Origin: an uncultured Rivularia sp.
GTDB lineage: Bacteria > Cyanobacteriota > Cyanobacteriia > Cyanobacteriales > Nostocaceae
DNA length: 64,000 nucleotides
Direction: 5' to 3'
Assembly (NCBI GenBank): GCA_963665115.1
Contig: OY762007.1
Span: 1,248,001 to 1,312,000, forward strand
Shown piece by piece: positions 21,380 through 31,553 of the stretch (position 1 is the first letter of the stretch; the number at the start of each line of letters is the position of its first letter). Both the position numbers and the translations under genes were made by a program. The notes beneath the pieces are model-generated. The model did not search any database, was not told where the DNA came from, and saw only the letters and a list, made by a program, of their open reading frames with translations.

Positions 21380-21456
21380 ACATAACGCTCAGCTAAATGG
21401 CGAAGTAATGTTGGCGACTTTTGTGCGTTTCTTTGCACAAAAGGTGCCAATATTAC
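21380..21456 (-). other. Partial attC-like site (right half plus central hairpin)
   Basis: Minus strand: hairpin GTAATATTGGCACCTTTTGTGC..GCACAAAAAGTCGCCAACATTAC, then CATTTAG, 6 nt, GTTATGT core just before the methyltransferase RBS. No canonical L''/R'' on the other side. Confidence 0.55.
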
Positions 21457-21479
21457 AAAGAGCGAAGTTAATCCAAACT

Positions 21480-21656
21480 CCCCACCGATTGGGTTAATTC
21501 GGATTAGTTGGAAACGCCCCCGGTTGTGACTCCACCTGTACCTCCAACCCCCACCGATTGGGTTAATTCGGATTAGTTGGAAACCCTTATGTATCCAGTT
21601 TACAGCAATGTTCACTTCTTCCCCACCGATTGGGTTAATTCGGATTAGTCGAAAAC
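21480..21656 (+). CRISPR. Orphan CRISPR mini-array: 3 x 36-bp repeats, 2 spacers (33 and 36 nt)
   Basis: CCCCACCGATTGGGTTAATTCGGATTAGTTGGAAAC at 21480-21515 and 21549-21584; degenerate copy at 21621-21656 (..AGTCGAAAAC). Spacers are unique. 3' GAAAC end. No cas genes in window. Confidence 0.85.
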
Positions 21657-21711
21657 TTGTAGAGACGTAGCACTGCTACGTCTCCCAACCCGTTGAAAAA
21701 AAACTCGTCAA

Positions 21712-24507
21712 TTAAAGCCAATTCCCAACTAAGACATAAGGTGCCCAAATCAACGGCGGTTCACTATTCTTTAAAAGTTTAATTTGGGCTTGCTGTAAAG
21801 CTTTTGCTTTGTTCGATTTATGCTGTTGTAATTCTCGGTAAAATTGACTCATCAATTGAGCAGTAGATTTATCTTCAACAGCCCATAAGCTAGCTAAAGT
21901 ACTCCTGGCACCCGCACTAATAGCAATCCCAGAAAGCCCTAAAGTTGCTCTTTTATCTCCATTAGCGGTTTCGCAAGCACTAAGTACTAATAACTCAATA
22001 GCTTGAGAATCTGCATTTTTATTAATCTGAAATAATTTATCGAAGTCTTCAAGTTTTAATAGTTTGTTCCACGTCAAAATATAGGTTTCTTCTGAGTTTG
22101 AACTAAAATTACCGTGGGTAGCAATATGAACTATGGTATATTTGGCTGAATCAATTTGCTTTTCTAAGTTGACATCGGTGAAGGATCGATCGATCAGTTT
22201 TTTACTTTTAGGTATTTGTAACCTAATTGTATCCAACTCAAGCTGCACGTTATTGAGAGGATTAAATTCTTGATTATTAATTATTCGCTTTTCGGTGACT
22301 CCAGCCATCAGAATATTTAATTCTTTTCTTTTTAACGGTTTTGGCTCCAGCATTTGCAAACCTGGAGTTAAAACAATGGCATATTTTTCGATTAAATATT
22401 TTGGCTGTTTTTCTTGCGCTTTACTATCGTATAATACCGCCATTGGAATATTTCTTAAGTTGCCATCTAAGACAAATACCAATGTTTCTATTTTGTTTTG
22501 TTCTAAATCAGCTTCTAATGGTTGAATTAACCAACTATATATCTTTCCAGAGATTTGATTTACTTTCTTAATTTGTTCTGGTTGTCTGAGACTGTATTGT
22601 AGTTTTTCTAAGGTGTTTTCAAGTTCATTCGCTTTAAGAAAAGTGGTGTAACGATTAAATTTATCTTGATTGGGAAGTTTGAGAATTATTTCGAGACGGT
22701 TTTGTAAAATAATTGGGTAAATAACTGCTGCTGCGGTATCAGTGTTATCAACTACTGTATCAATAATTTCAGGTTTAGCCTGCAAGCAAACTTCCTGAAA
22801 GTAATTTTCTATTTCCCTTAATTGTAGAGCTTCAATCACATCGCGGGCTTTTTTTAAGTTGTTGCTAACTAAGTTTTGTTTACTCAAACTTTTTGTAGTT
22901 ACATTCTGAGATGGTGACTGTAAAAGTAAATCAACGAGTTGTCTATAAACTGGCTCTACTTTATCTCGAAATGAATATTGTATATCTGAATTGAGTACGA
23001 GCAAATCACCACGCAAATCGTTTAAATTCTCTACCGCTTGAGAATAATATTCTATTGCTGAGGTAGTGTTTTGTTCAAGTTTGAATATATATCCTAATTG
23101 CCATTGCCAAAGATAAGCTATATCTTGAGCTTCTATTCTCAAGGCTAAGTCAACAGCTTTTTTAGTTAGTTTACCAGCGGAATTCAAATTTTGGGTTTGT
23201 AAGTATACGCTACCAAGAGTACCCATTGCATAAGATTGCAATCTTGTATCTTCCAAGGTTTCCGCTTGTTTAATCGATAAAGCTAAAATTTTGGCTATCT
23301 TTTCCCATTCCGGTACATTGCTCGGACTTACTTGTTTTAATAATAATAGATTTTGTGCTAAATTAATCCGAGCCTTAAGTGATGTGTTAGATACGGGCAA
23401 TGTATTGATAGTTGGTTGCAATTCAGAGAATAATTTGCCAGCTTTGGAAAATTCTTCAAGTTCTATTAATACACTAAATTTATTTAATTGGGCTTTAACT
23501 TTGATTGCGGGTGATGTCGATACAGCTACAGTTTTATCGTAGTTTTCTAAGGCTTGCTGATATAATTTTCTTGTTTCTTCAGATATCGGTTTACTCACAT
23601 AAACTAACGGCGAAGTTTGCTCAAATATTGTTGCGTTTTGTAAAAGCGACTGCTCTTTATTTCCCTTTGCACGTTGAGCGTTACCCAAACTCAGCAAAGT
23701 TTGAGCGATTTGAGGATTAGATTTAATTTCTTGAGCGGTTTGATAGCTTTGCTGTAAAATTTTTAAGGAGGCTTCAATTTCCCCTAAATGTAATTGAACG
23801 TCACCAAAACTGCGTAATGCTGTTACTTTAAGAACGGAGGCTGGCTGTTGATTTAATTCGGGAAGCACTTGTTCTAAAGTTTTCAGAGCTAGGTGATAAC
23901 GTCCTAAAGCTTGTAATGCCAGACTTTGATTGATTAAACTCCGAATTTTTGCATTATTGAAATCACCTCGTTCGTAGATAGCAGTAGCTTTTTTCCAGTT
24001 TTCTAGAGCTAATAAGGGTTTTCCTAACGTTAACTGGATGTTAGCTTGAATATCTAAAACTTGAGCAAATACTTTTAATCTTTCCTTGTCATCATCAATA
24101 TTTAATTTATTTTCTAATAATTGACGGCTTTGGATAATGTACTTCAGAGCTTGCTGATATTCACTAATTTGCTTGTAAGCGTTGGAAATATTGCTGAGTG
24201 CGATCGCCTGTTTAATTGGATTACTTTGATTTTGAAAAGTTAGCGCTGCTTGCTCTAAAATAGATATCGCTTCTGAAAACCTTTGTGCATCATAAAGTTT
24301 TTTACCTTTTTCCAATAAATCTTCTGTATTTATCTGATTTTGACTAATTTGAGCCAGATAAGCTGGATTAAAATTACTTTGTGTGAAATTATTTTGAGCA
24401 TCAGCTTTCGGTAGCGAAACAGGAATTAAAATTGATTCGCAAACAAAAGTGAATATACCTGCTAAAACAAATAAAATTATTTTTGAAAGCCATCTTTTAT
24501 ATTGCAT
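21712..24507 (-). CDS. TPR + CHAT (caspase-like) protease with N-terminal signal/TM
   Basis: TPR helices; WQWQLG; catalytic VHIATHG and LVLSACETA; WAPYVLVGNWL C-terminus. Confidence 0.92.
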   Translation of the reverse strand: MQYKRWLSKIILFVLAGIFTFVCESILIPVSLPKADAQNNFTQSNFNPAYLAQISQNQINTEDLLEKGKKLYDAQRFSEAISILEQAALTFQNQSNPIKQAIALSNISNAYKQISEYQQALKYIIQSRQLLENKLNIDDDKERLKVFAQVLDIQANIQLTLGKPLLALENWKKATAIYERGDFNNAKIRSLINQSLALQALGRYHLALKTLEQVLPELNQQPASVLKVTALRSFGDVQLHLGEIEASLKILQQSYQTAQEIKSNPQIAQTLLSLGNAQRAKGNKEQSLLQNATIFEQTSPLVYVSKPISEETRKLYQQALENYDKTVAVSTSPAIKVKAQLNKFSVLIELEEFSKAGKLFSELQPTINTLPVSNTSLKARINLAQNLLLLKQVSPSNVPEWEKIAKILALSIKQAETLEDTRLQSYAMGTLGSVYLQTQNLNSAGKLTKKAVDLALRIEAQDIAYLWQWQLGYIFKLEQNTTSAIEYYSQAVENLNDLRGDLLVLNSDIQYSFRDKVEPVYRQLVDLLLQSPSQNVTTKSLSKQNLVSNNLKKARDVIEALQLREIENYFQEVCLQAKPEIIDTVVDNTDTAAAVIYPIILQNRLEIILKLPNQDKFNRYTTFLKANELENTLEKLQYSLRQPEQIKKVNQISGKIYSWLIQPLEADLEQNKIETLVFVLDGNLRNIPMAVLYDSKAQEKQPKYLIEKYAIVLTPGLQMLEPKPLKRKELNILMAGVTEKRIINNQEFNPLNNVQLELDTIRLQIPKSKKLIDRSFTDVNLEKQIDSAKYTIVHIATHGNFSSNSEETYILTWNKLLKLEDFDKLFQINKNADSQAIELLVLSACETANGDKRATLGLSGIAISAGARSTLASLWAVEDKSTAQLMSQFYRELQQHKSNKAKALQQAQIKLLKNSEPPLIWAPYVLVGNWL

Positions 24508-24707
24508 ATTTTTTTACTGAACAACACTTAAATTATTAAAATTGTATTGCTAAAATTTGCACGCTTTCATATTGCTTGAGACGTAGTAATGCTACGTCTC
24601 TACATTTGATATTATGTTTACCGCAAAATTAATTGGCTTGACTCACCGAAGCAACTTGAGATTTTTGCTTTATTGTTTCAATTTATTTAAATACTATTTA
24701 GCATAGC

Positions 24708-24926
24708 TTAAAAACGTCTGTGGGGACAAAAGATAGTAAAATAAATCGATGGTTCAACCCAATCTGTGATATGAATGTATTCATTTTCATCTATAAATCT
24801 ATCCGTTTCAGGTGATTCTAGAAATTGAATATTATTAGTTGTCTCTCGCTCAAGAAGATGTTTGAACCCAGTTAAACGATTTAACCTGGACAATATATAA
24901 GAGAAAGGATTTTGTAAATATTTCAT
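24708..24926 (-). CDS. Small hypothetical protein
   Basis: 72-aa ATG ORF co-oriented upstream of the CHAT gene. Confidence 0.5.
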   Translation of the reverse strand: MKYLQNPFSYILSRLNRLTGFKHLLERETTNNIQFLESPETDRFIDENEYIHITDWVEPSIYFTIFCPHRRF

Positions 24927-25421
24927 AATGAGTGTTTATATCTAACGCTTAAAGTTTGACTACGAATATATAGGAGCCAGTTCGATCTAATTATGCAGTT
25001 TGGATCGAAATGCTAATAATTAACTTTCTAACAATCGGTATATCACGAACTGTACTTATTAATTGCGATTAGGAACTTGATTACAAATCTTAATGAATAA
25101 ATGTTAATAAAACAGATAATTTTTGGATAATCTGCATAAATTAGCAAAAGCTTCCCCTATAGGATAAATAGAATAAACTCGCACCTTTTAACGGGAGGTA
25201 GAAGTCAAAAAAATTTATGCATTATCAATTAAAAATTCAAAATTACCATTACCTAAAGTTTGAGGCTTGAAGCAAGGAATATGCTTTTATCTTTTTCTCC
25301 TCAATTAAACAATTAAAAAATAATTATTTTTTAATTTTTAATGCGGGCATTTTTAATTTTGAATTAAAAAAATGGTCAAATGCACCATATTATGTACTGA
25401 AGAATAAAAATTAACTTCCGA

Positions 25422-25739
25422 TTGTTTACAACTAGAGATTTACTTACCATGCGAAATATCAATAATCAAAAACTCGATAAAGAAGCAATAAATATTTTGT
25501 ACGGTAACGATCGGGGATGTTTTTCTAATATGTGGAAATATGATATAGATAGTCTTGATTTACACGATAATAAAACAAAATTAAAAACTAAACATTTAGG
25601 TAACGAAATCTTTGCAATTTGCTTGATTGCAACTCTTTTTTCGATCGGCTTTGGAGGTAGTCATTTAATTAAAAGTAGGACTAAGGGGCAATTGATTTAT
25701 CATCCAGTTCCACAAACATCTAGTACTATTCGTCAATGA
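25422..25739 (+). CDS. Small hypothetical membrane protein
   Basis: One TM segment (IFAICLIATLFSIGFGG); start may be ATG 25449. Confidence 0.5.
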   Translation: MFTTRDLLTMRNINNQKLDKEAINILYGNDRGCFSNMWKYDIDSLDLHDNKTKLKTKHLGNEIFAICLIATLFSIGFGGSHLIKSRTKGQLIYHPVPQTSSTIRQ

Positions 25740-25821
25740 AAAATAGTTTAAGCAAAGCTAAACTGACATGAATAAACCAGGATAATAACAAATCAAATCA
25801 TATTCAAATAGAATTTATCTG

Positions 25822-26055
25822 ATGGCACATTCTAAAAATAGTGTTGTTCCGCTAAAACCGGAATTTAGGCAATATGTTCGCTCAAGTGTGGTAGAAAATA
25901 AATCTGAATCTACAGCTAAATCAGGTTTGATATATGTAATAGTAATAATTATTTGGTGTTTTGGAATGCTGCTGTTAGCTAAAGCTAGCCATAAGTTTTT
26001 ACAAGAGATTTGTCTTAATTCAGTTCAAAAAATACATTTGAAAGTGAAGTATTAG
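25822..26055 (+). CDS. Small hypothetical membrane protein
   Basis: 77-aa ORF with one TM segment (GLIYVIVIIIWCFGMLLLA). Confidence 0.5.
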   Translation: MAHSKNSVVPLKPEFRQYVRSSVVENKSESTAKSGLIYVIVIIIWCFGMLLLAKASHKFLQEICLNSVQKIHLKVKY

Positions 26056-26129
26056 TAGTCAACCGCATTAATTTTGCAGGGTAAATTATTCGTAGTGGGA
26101 GCGTCTCGCTCCCTGGTTGTCCTTCTAAT

Positions 26130-26440
26130 CTAATTGTTGCATTTCCCGTTTCAATATCCCATAATCTAACTAATTTTACCGCGTTACCATCGCTTCCCGT
26201 AGCTAAATTTTGCCGTCATGGCTTAAAGCAACTGCAAGTAGCCAATTAATCGGAATTATGACTTTCAAGTGTATGCAATTGTCTTGCAGAGTCAACTTCC
26301 CATAAATATATTTGATCGTCAATGGCTGTAGCGAATAAGTTGTTTGTTGGACTGAATTTTGCCGCAAAAATACTACTTAAAGTGTTGGTAAATATTGATT
26401 TACTTAAATCGGAATTAGCAAAGTTTGTTTGTACCCATTT
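26130..26440 (-). pseudogene. Remnant of an NB-ARC/NACHT-WD40 gene (linker + 2 WD40 repeats)
   Basis: Manual translation: TNFANSDLSKSIFTNTLSSIFAAKFSP..IYLWEV..QLHTLESH*, then NWLLAVALSHDGKI*, then LATGSDGNAVKL..LWDIETG in shifted frames. Confidence 0.7.
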
Positions 26441-26454
26441 CTAAGCATTATTTT

Positions 26455-27514
26455 TTACAATTCAAAATTTTCCTTAATAATCACATTTCCCAAACTAATT
26501 TGTATACTAAATTTTTTCCCTGGTTTCCCCTTGAAAGGTTTCAATTGAATGTAATTATCTTGAATTCTAGACGTAACTTCTTGGAGGGTTTTACCAGCTT
26601 TAGAAATTAACAGCAACTTGATATTCTGCGGTAAATATTTTTCGCTATTCATGGGATATAGCTGAGCTAAAACGTTAATTTTATCTTCACTAATTTCATC
26701 TTGACTGTCAGCAGATTTATCAGGAGATATATTAACTAGCAGCGCAACTTTTCTATTACCCAAATCTATGCCTAAATCAATAATTTTCGCTTTTTTAGTA
26801 GCTTTATCAAGATTTCTGGTACTAAAAGCTAAATTTAATTCTGGATTGGAAATGGAATCTATTGTTTGCCAAGCTTCATCAATTACTCCTTGCAACCATT
26901 GACTTAACTTAGTGGTAGTTGTGTTTACAAGTTTGGATAAACTTTGATTCGCAACGGGTAGAGCAAATTCGGATGCTTGCAAGTAACGCTGATACACTAA
27001 TAAATGGCTTGGTTCCATATCAAATAGAGACAGGGGTAGTTGATAACAACCTTCATCTACAGATAATTTCAAACTACTTTTAATCTCTATCAATTGATTG
27101 TAAGGTAAAAAGCCTCTAATTATAACTTCTTCCTCTTCTTCCAATACCTCTAAAAGCACATAATAATGGGCTGTTAATTCCGGCTTTTCGATTACCGCTT
27201 GTGGTATTTTGACAACTTCATCTAACAAATGCTCGGTGGCGATCGCACAAAATTTGAAGTCATCAATTTTGAGATTTCCAACAGTTTCAATAAAGCTGGT
27301 ATCTCTGGATACTACTTTATTTGGTAAGCGCTCGCATAACCATTCCTCAAATGCAAGTAGTGCTAATGCATTAAGATAGGCTTGCCAAGAATCGTTAGGA
27401 TTAGTGGTATCTAAAGAACTGATTTTTTGTGCTAACAAGAAATGTTCGGGTTTCTAACCAGACGGTTTCTCGTAGCAAAAGCCTTAACTCTTGAGAATAA
27501 GTTGAATTTGGCAT
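26455..27514 (-). CDS. DUF1822 family protein (apparent +1 frameshift at ~27451-27453)
   Basis: WQAYLNALAL..EWL, LSQWLQG..WQ, KAKIIDLG, DNYIQLKPFKG..ENF. Removing one A restores MPNSTY..VWLEPEHFLLAQ from ATG 27514. Confidence 0.8.
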
Positions 27515-27702
27515 GATCTTACCTAGTGTATAAAGGTAAATAGTTGTGAGCCGGAAAAGCTTATGCAGTTTATTATATGACTCTATGGACTTATGGTAAG
27601 ATTTTTAATTAAGGATATAAGCCTCATACTTTAGGCTAAGTTAATTTTGAATTTTGAATTTTGAATTTTGAATTGTTTTGACTATTGCTTACCTATCTGT
27701 TT

Positions 27703-29175
27703 CTAGCATAATTTAGCTTCTTGCCCCTGTAGAGATTGTTGAATATAACAACGAAGTTCCTTAGCATATGGACTATTCATCGTCCGATTTTTACCCGCTC
27801 TAATTTCTTCGGCAGCTTGTTGAAATATTTCTCCATCAACATAGGATTCAATTTGTTCGGTTAAAGTTAGAAGATAATTTGCTTCGGGTGGAATTTTAGT
27901 TAAACCTTTCTCTGCGGCTTTTTTCAAAATACTGTCCAACATCTGCTCAACCGTTTTAGTACGCACTTTTAATAAAAGTTCTCCGGGATTCAAAATTCGT
28001 CTTGCTTGATCCCAACTAGTCATTCCTAATTGAGGTGCAATCTCTTTTAAAGACATTGCTGATTCGTAATACAAATGCAATCCCTGAATGTATTTTTGAG
28101 CAAAAGACTGATACCTTTTACTTTTTTGTAATTTTTGAATATTAACTTCTACTTCTTGCTTAATTGTTTGGGACAAAGTTGCTTGAAGTGAGTCATGCAA
28201 AAACTTTAAAAAATCTTGCTGCTCTAAATCCGCTTCATTAAGTGATGAACTAGGTAAATCGCGTCTCGCTACATATGTACCGCTTTCACTATCGTATATA
28301 TCTAAAGATTCTCTAGAATTCCAAACATCGTACCTTCTTAACTGTAGAGCAATTTGTTTGAGTTCTTTAATTAACTGAACTTGAGTATTAATTTGAATTT
28401 GATGGTGCTGTAAATAAGATAGCATTTCTTCTAATTGAGCAGTAGTTGGATCGGGACATTTCTTGTTCCCTTTATTTTTTTGTTGCTGCCTGTCTCGACG
28501 ATAAACAGCGTGAAAAGCTTCGACAACGTAGTATTCTTGCGGTGATAAACGTTCAAGTTGTTTTTTTCTAGTTCTATTTAACAGTGCCCAGTCACTCGAA
28601 TGCTGAAAACCAAACTCCGATAAGAACTTTTTCAATTCGGGATTTTGTTTTGTTTGCAAATATGCCCAATTATCCAGACTCATCCGAGATTGTAATTCGG
28701 AGTTGAATGTTTGTAAAACCTTGACAGAAAAGAAGTTATACTCCGAAGCGCGAGTTTTAGAACTGTCATCTACCATTAGTTGAGTTTTCCCATCTCTGTC
28801 TAAAACAATTAATTTTTCTCCATCATCATTGAGAACAAACGGTAATAAATCCCGATAACTAAACTGTTTTTCACCACTAAATAAAGAATCCAATTTTTTG
28901 CATTCTCGCAAAATTGGCTCAGAAACATAGCATCTAAGACAAAGACCTGCCTTAGCGCAATTAATCGTATCTTCTCCACCATTTTCACCTTTAAAACGCG
29001 ATAATAGAATATTTTGTTCGTTACTATCTTCTACATCGAAGACTTGACTATTTGTAAATTCTTGAGCAACGGTAACATGAAATTGTTTATACCCGGATTT
29101 TTCCGCAGCAGGGTTAATCCGCCAAATTTTCCAATATCTTGAAGAAGTATTCATAGTCAATGTATCACTCGTCAA
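27703..29175 (-). CDS. Sigma-70-like / HetZ-like putative DNA-binding protein
   Basis: LCLRCYVS motif; C-terminal HTH LHLYYESAMSLKEIAPQLGM; directly upstream of DUF1822. Confidence 0.55.
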   Translation of the reverse strand: MTSDTLTMNTSSRYWKIWRINPAAEKSGYKQFHVTVAQEFTNSQVFDVEDSNEQNILLSRFKGENGGEDTINCAKAGLCLRCYVSEPILRECKKLDSLFSGEKQFSYRDLLPFVLNDDGEKLIVLDRDGKTQLMVDDSSKTRASEYNFFSVKVLQTFNSELQSRMSLDNWAYLQTKQNPELKKFLSEFGFQHSSDWALLNRTRKKQLERLSPQEYYVVEAFHAVYRRDRQQQKNKGNKKCPDPTTAQLEEMLSYLQHHQIQINTQVQLIKELKQIALQLRRYDVWNSRESLDIYDSESGTYVARRDLPSSSLNEADLEQQDFLKFLHDSLQATLSQTIKQEVEVNIQKLQKSKRYQSFAQKYIQGLHLYYESAMSLKEIAPQLGMTSWDQARRILNPGELLLKVRTKTVEQMLDSILKKAAEKGLTKIPPEANYLLTLTEQIESYVDGEIFQQAAEEIRAGKNRTMNSPYAKELRCYIQQSLQGQEAKLC

Positions 29176-29240
29176 ACAAATATTTATACAACACTCTTAC
29201 CATGTATATGGATGTTAGTAGATAGGAATTATGCAGGATA

Positions 29241-29352
29241 TACAGCAGATTTCATTTAAGTGAGGTACACATCGTTTCTAGAGGAAGTAGTGAGTAGGGA
29301 GTAGTGAGTAGGGAGTAGGGAAATGTACCTCATATACCTGCAAAGTGCTGTA
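29241..29352. mobile_element. MITE (TACAGCA..GAGGTACA / TGTACCTC..TGCTGTA family), copy A
   Basis: Inverted ends bounded by TA; near-identical inverted copy at 59862-59959. Confidence 0.8.
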
Positions 29353-29592
29353 GGTGTAGGTTGTTGAAATAATTTATTTAAGATACATGAGGCATTCCTT
29401 GAGTTAAGTCTTCAATAAGTTTAATTTTCATCGGTTTTTATGTTTCAATAAATCTCTATTTTAAAAGATGGGGCAATTTTTCGGCAAACCTACTAAGCTA
29501 CCCCACGCAGTTTGATATTTTTTATTTTGAATTCAAAAAATTGTCATAGATAATGAGCTTGATACAATAATGCAATAAATAATAGCTAATAA

Positions 29593-30369
29593 CTAAATCG
29601 CTCTCAAAGGGCAAATTTGTTTACCAACAACTGTATCCATCACAACAACTTCTAAACCAAAAACTTGTCGAATATTTTCTGGATTCATCACAAGATTAGT
29701 TTCTCCATCCACCAAAATCTCACCGTTAAATAGCATTGCTAATCTATTACTGTATCTAGCGGCTAAATTCAGTTCGTGTAATACGGTGATAATTGTTAAT
29801 CCTTGTTCTAAGTTTAATTTTTTGAGTAAGTCTAATAGCTGTAGCTGATAGCGTAAGTCTAAATATGTAGTGGGTTCATCTAATAGTAACACCTGCGGAT
29901 TTTGCGCTAAAGCTAAAGCAAGAAAAGCTCTTTGTCGCTCTCCACCCGATAATCTTTCTACCGGACGATTTCTAAACTTTTCAATTCCCACAGCATGAAT
30001 TGCTGACTCTACCTTATCCCTATCTTGAGCATCTAATTCCCATTGCCACCAACTTTGATGGGGATTGCGTCCCAAACTTACTAACTGATAAACGCTTAAA
30101 CCCGCAGGTACAGTTTGCTGTTGCGGCAATAATGCCATTTTTTGCGCTACTTCTACAGCACTTTGATTGTGAATTGCTTTTCCATCTAACAATATTCTCC
30201 CCTTTTGCGGTGAAAGTATCCTGCTAATAAGTTTGAGTAAAGTGGATTTACCAGAGCCATTCGCACCGACTAAACTCAACCACTCACCGCTAGCAATATC
30301 AAGGTTGATATTACGAACAATTGGCTTCTTAGAATAACCACCAGTAAGACGATTAACATTTAATGACAT
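29593..30369 (-). CDS. Iron-chelate/heme ABC transporter ATP-binding protein
   Basis: GANGSGKST, LSGGERQR, LLLDEPT and LHELNLAARY motifs. Confidence 0.92.
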   Translation of the reverse strand: MSLNVNRLTGGYSKKPIVRNINLDIASGEWLSLVGANGSGKSTLLKLISRILSPQKGRILLDGKAIHNQSAVEVAQKMALLPQQQTVPAGLSVYQLVSLGRNPHQSWWQWELDAQDRDKVESAIHAVGIEKFRNRPVERLSGGERQRAFLALALAQNPQVLLLDEPTTYLDLRYQLQLLDLLKKLNLEQGLTIITVLHELNLAARYSNRLAMLFNGEILVDGETNLVMNPENIRQVFGLEVVVMDTVVGKQICPLRAI

Positions 30370-30423
30370 AATATTTAGTTGTTAGTTGATAACTCATAAC
30401 TGATAACTGATAACTGATAACTG

Positions 30424-31435
30424 TTAACTGTTCATCGTTCCGGAGCCGCGATACAGTAACCAAATAAATAGAGGAGAAACCGAGTAATGCTGTTACCGCA
30501 CCAACGGGTAATTCCACTGCTCCCAATCGAGAAAGTAAATCTGCAAAGGTTAATAACCATGCACCCCCAAGGGCTGAAAGCGGTAAGCACAAACGATAAT
30601 CGGTACCAACAAGTAAGCGTACTCCGTGAGGAACTACCAAACCAACGAACCCGATTAATCCAGCGATACTTACTGCACCTGCTGCCAAAAGTGTGGCTAC
30701 AGCACCAATTAATATCCGACTGCGTACTAAAGAAACTCCCAAACCTACAGCCAAATCATCTCCTAAAGCCAGTACGTTTACCCATCTTGCGAGCAAACAT
30801 CCTGCAACTAATGCTACCAACATATAGGGAGCAGCCACTTTGACTTCATTCCAACCCCGTCCGTTTAAGCTACCAATAAGCCAATTTAATGCTTGCTGTA
30901 CTCTACCGTCTTCCGCTAAAAGCAATAATGTACTCTGGAGCGCACCTAAAAGCGAACTGACTGCAACTCCTCCTAGTATCAATTTTTCAACGCGGATTCC
31001 TCCTTGTCCGCGACCGAGAAAAATGACTGTAATTGCAGTTAAAATAGCTCCCAACCATGCTGCAAAAGGAATCCATGCCGTCCATAATTCCAGAACAATC
31101 ATTGCTACAGTAACTAATCCTGCACCAGAAGAAATACCCAGAATAAAGGGACTCGCAAGACTGTTTCGTAACATTCCCTGCAATAATGCTCCCGACATTC
31201 CCAAAGCCGCACCTACTAGCATAGATGCAATAATGCGCGGTATTCGTAAATCCCAGACAATTGTTTGTTTCAGAGGGTCGCCTTTATGCAATAATGCTTG
31301 CCAGATATCTGACAAACTCATAGGCACCGCACCTTGAGATATAGATAATCCCAAGGTGAAAATAAGGGCAACACTCAGTATTGCAACAGCTATAAGCAAG
31401 CGACTACTAATTATATTTTGATTAGCTTTGTACAT
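30424..31435 (-). CDS. FecCD-family iron-chelate ABC permease (apparent +1 frameshift at 30477-30479)
   Basis: LRIPR, RNSLASPFILGISSGA, IGFVGLVVPH, ELPVGAVTALLG. Removing one base gives GSPLFIWLLYRGSGTMNS*. Confidence 0.9.
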
Positions 31436-31465
31436 TTTTTCTGGGAACTTTATTGATTCAGGGAA

Positions 31466-31553
31466 TATAGCAGTCCCTCAATACAATGACTTAGGAGCGA
31501 GCATCCCAAATATTTTTCAACAATTGGGATGCCCCCGATTCAGGATTGCTATA
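31466..31553. mobile_element. Small MITE-like element (TATAGCA.TCC ends)
   Basis: TATAGCAGTCC / GGATTGCTATA inverted ends; internal GCATCCCAA..TTGGGATGC hairpin. Confidence 0.55.

Noticed and set aside
21352..21615. 87-aa ORF with repeated FQLIRINPIGG
   Set aside because: It is the antisense translation of the CRISPR repeats and attC-like hairpin.
21585..21620. Spacer 2 self-targeting (CCAGTTTACAG also at ~7507)
   Set aside because: Only an 11-nt match, plausible by chance; I saw no longer match in the window by eye.
21480..24507. CRISPR array + TPR-CHAT as a Craspase-like system
   Set aside because: No Cas7-11 or other cas gene in the window; the CHAT protein has a signal/TM segment and belongs to a common cyanobacterial context. 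Adjacency alone is not enough.
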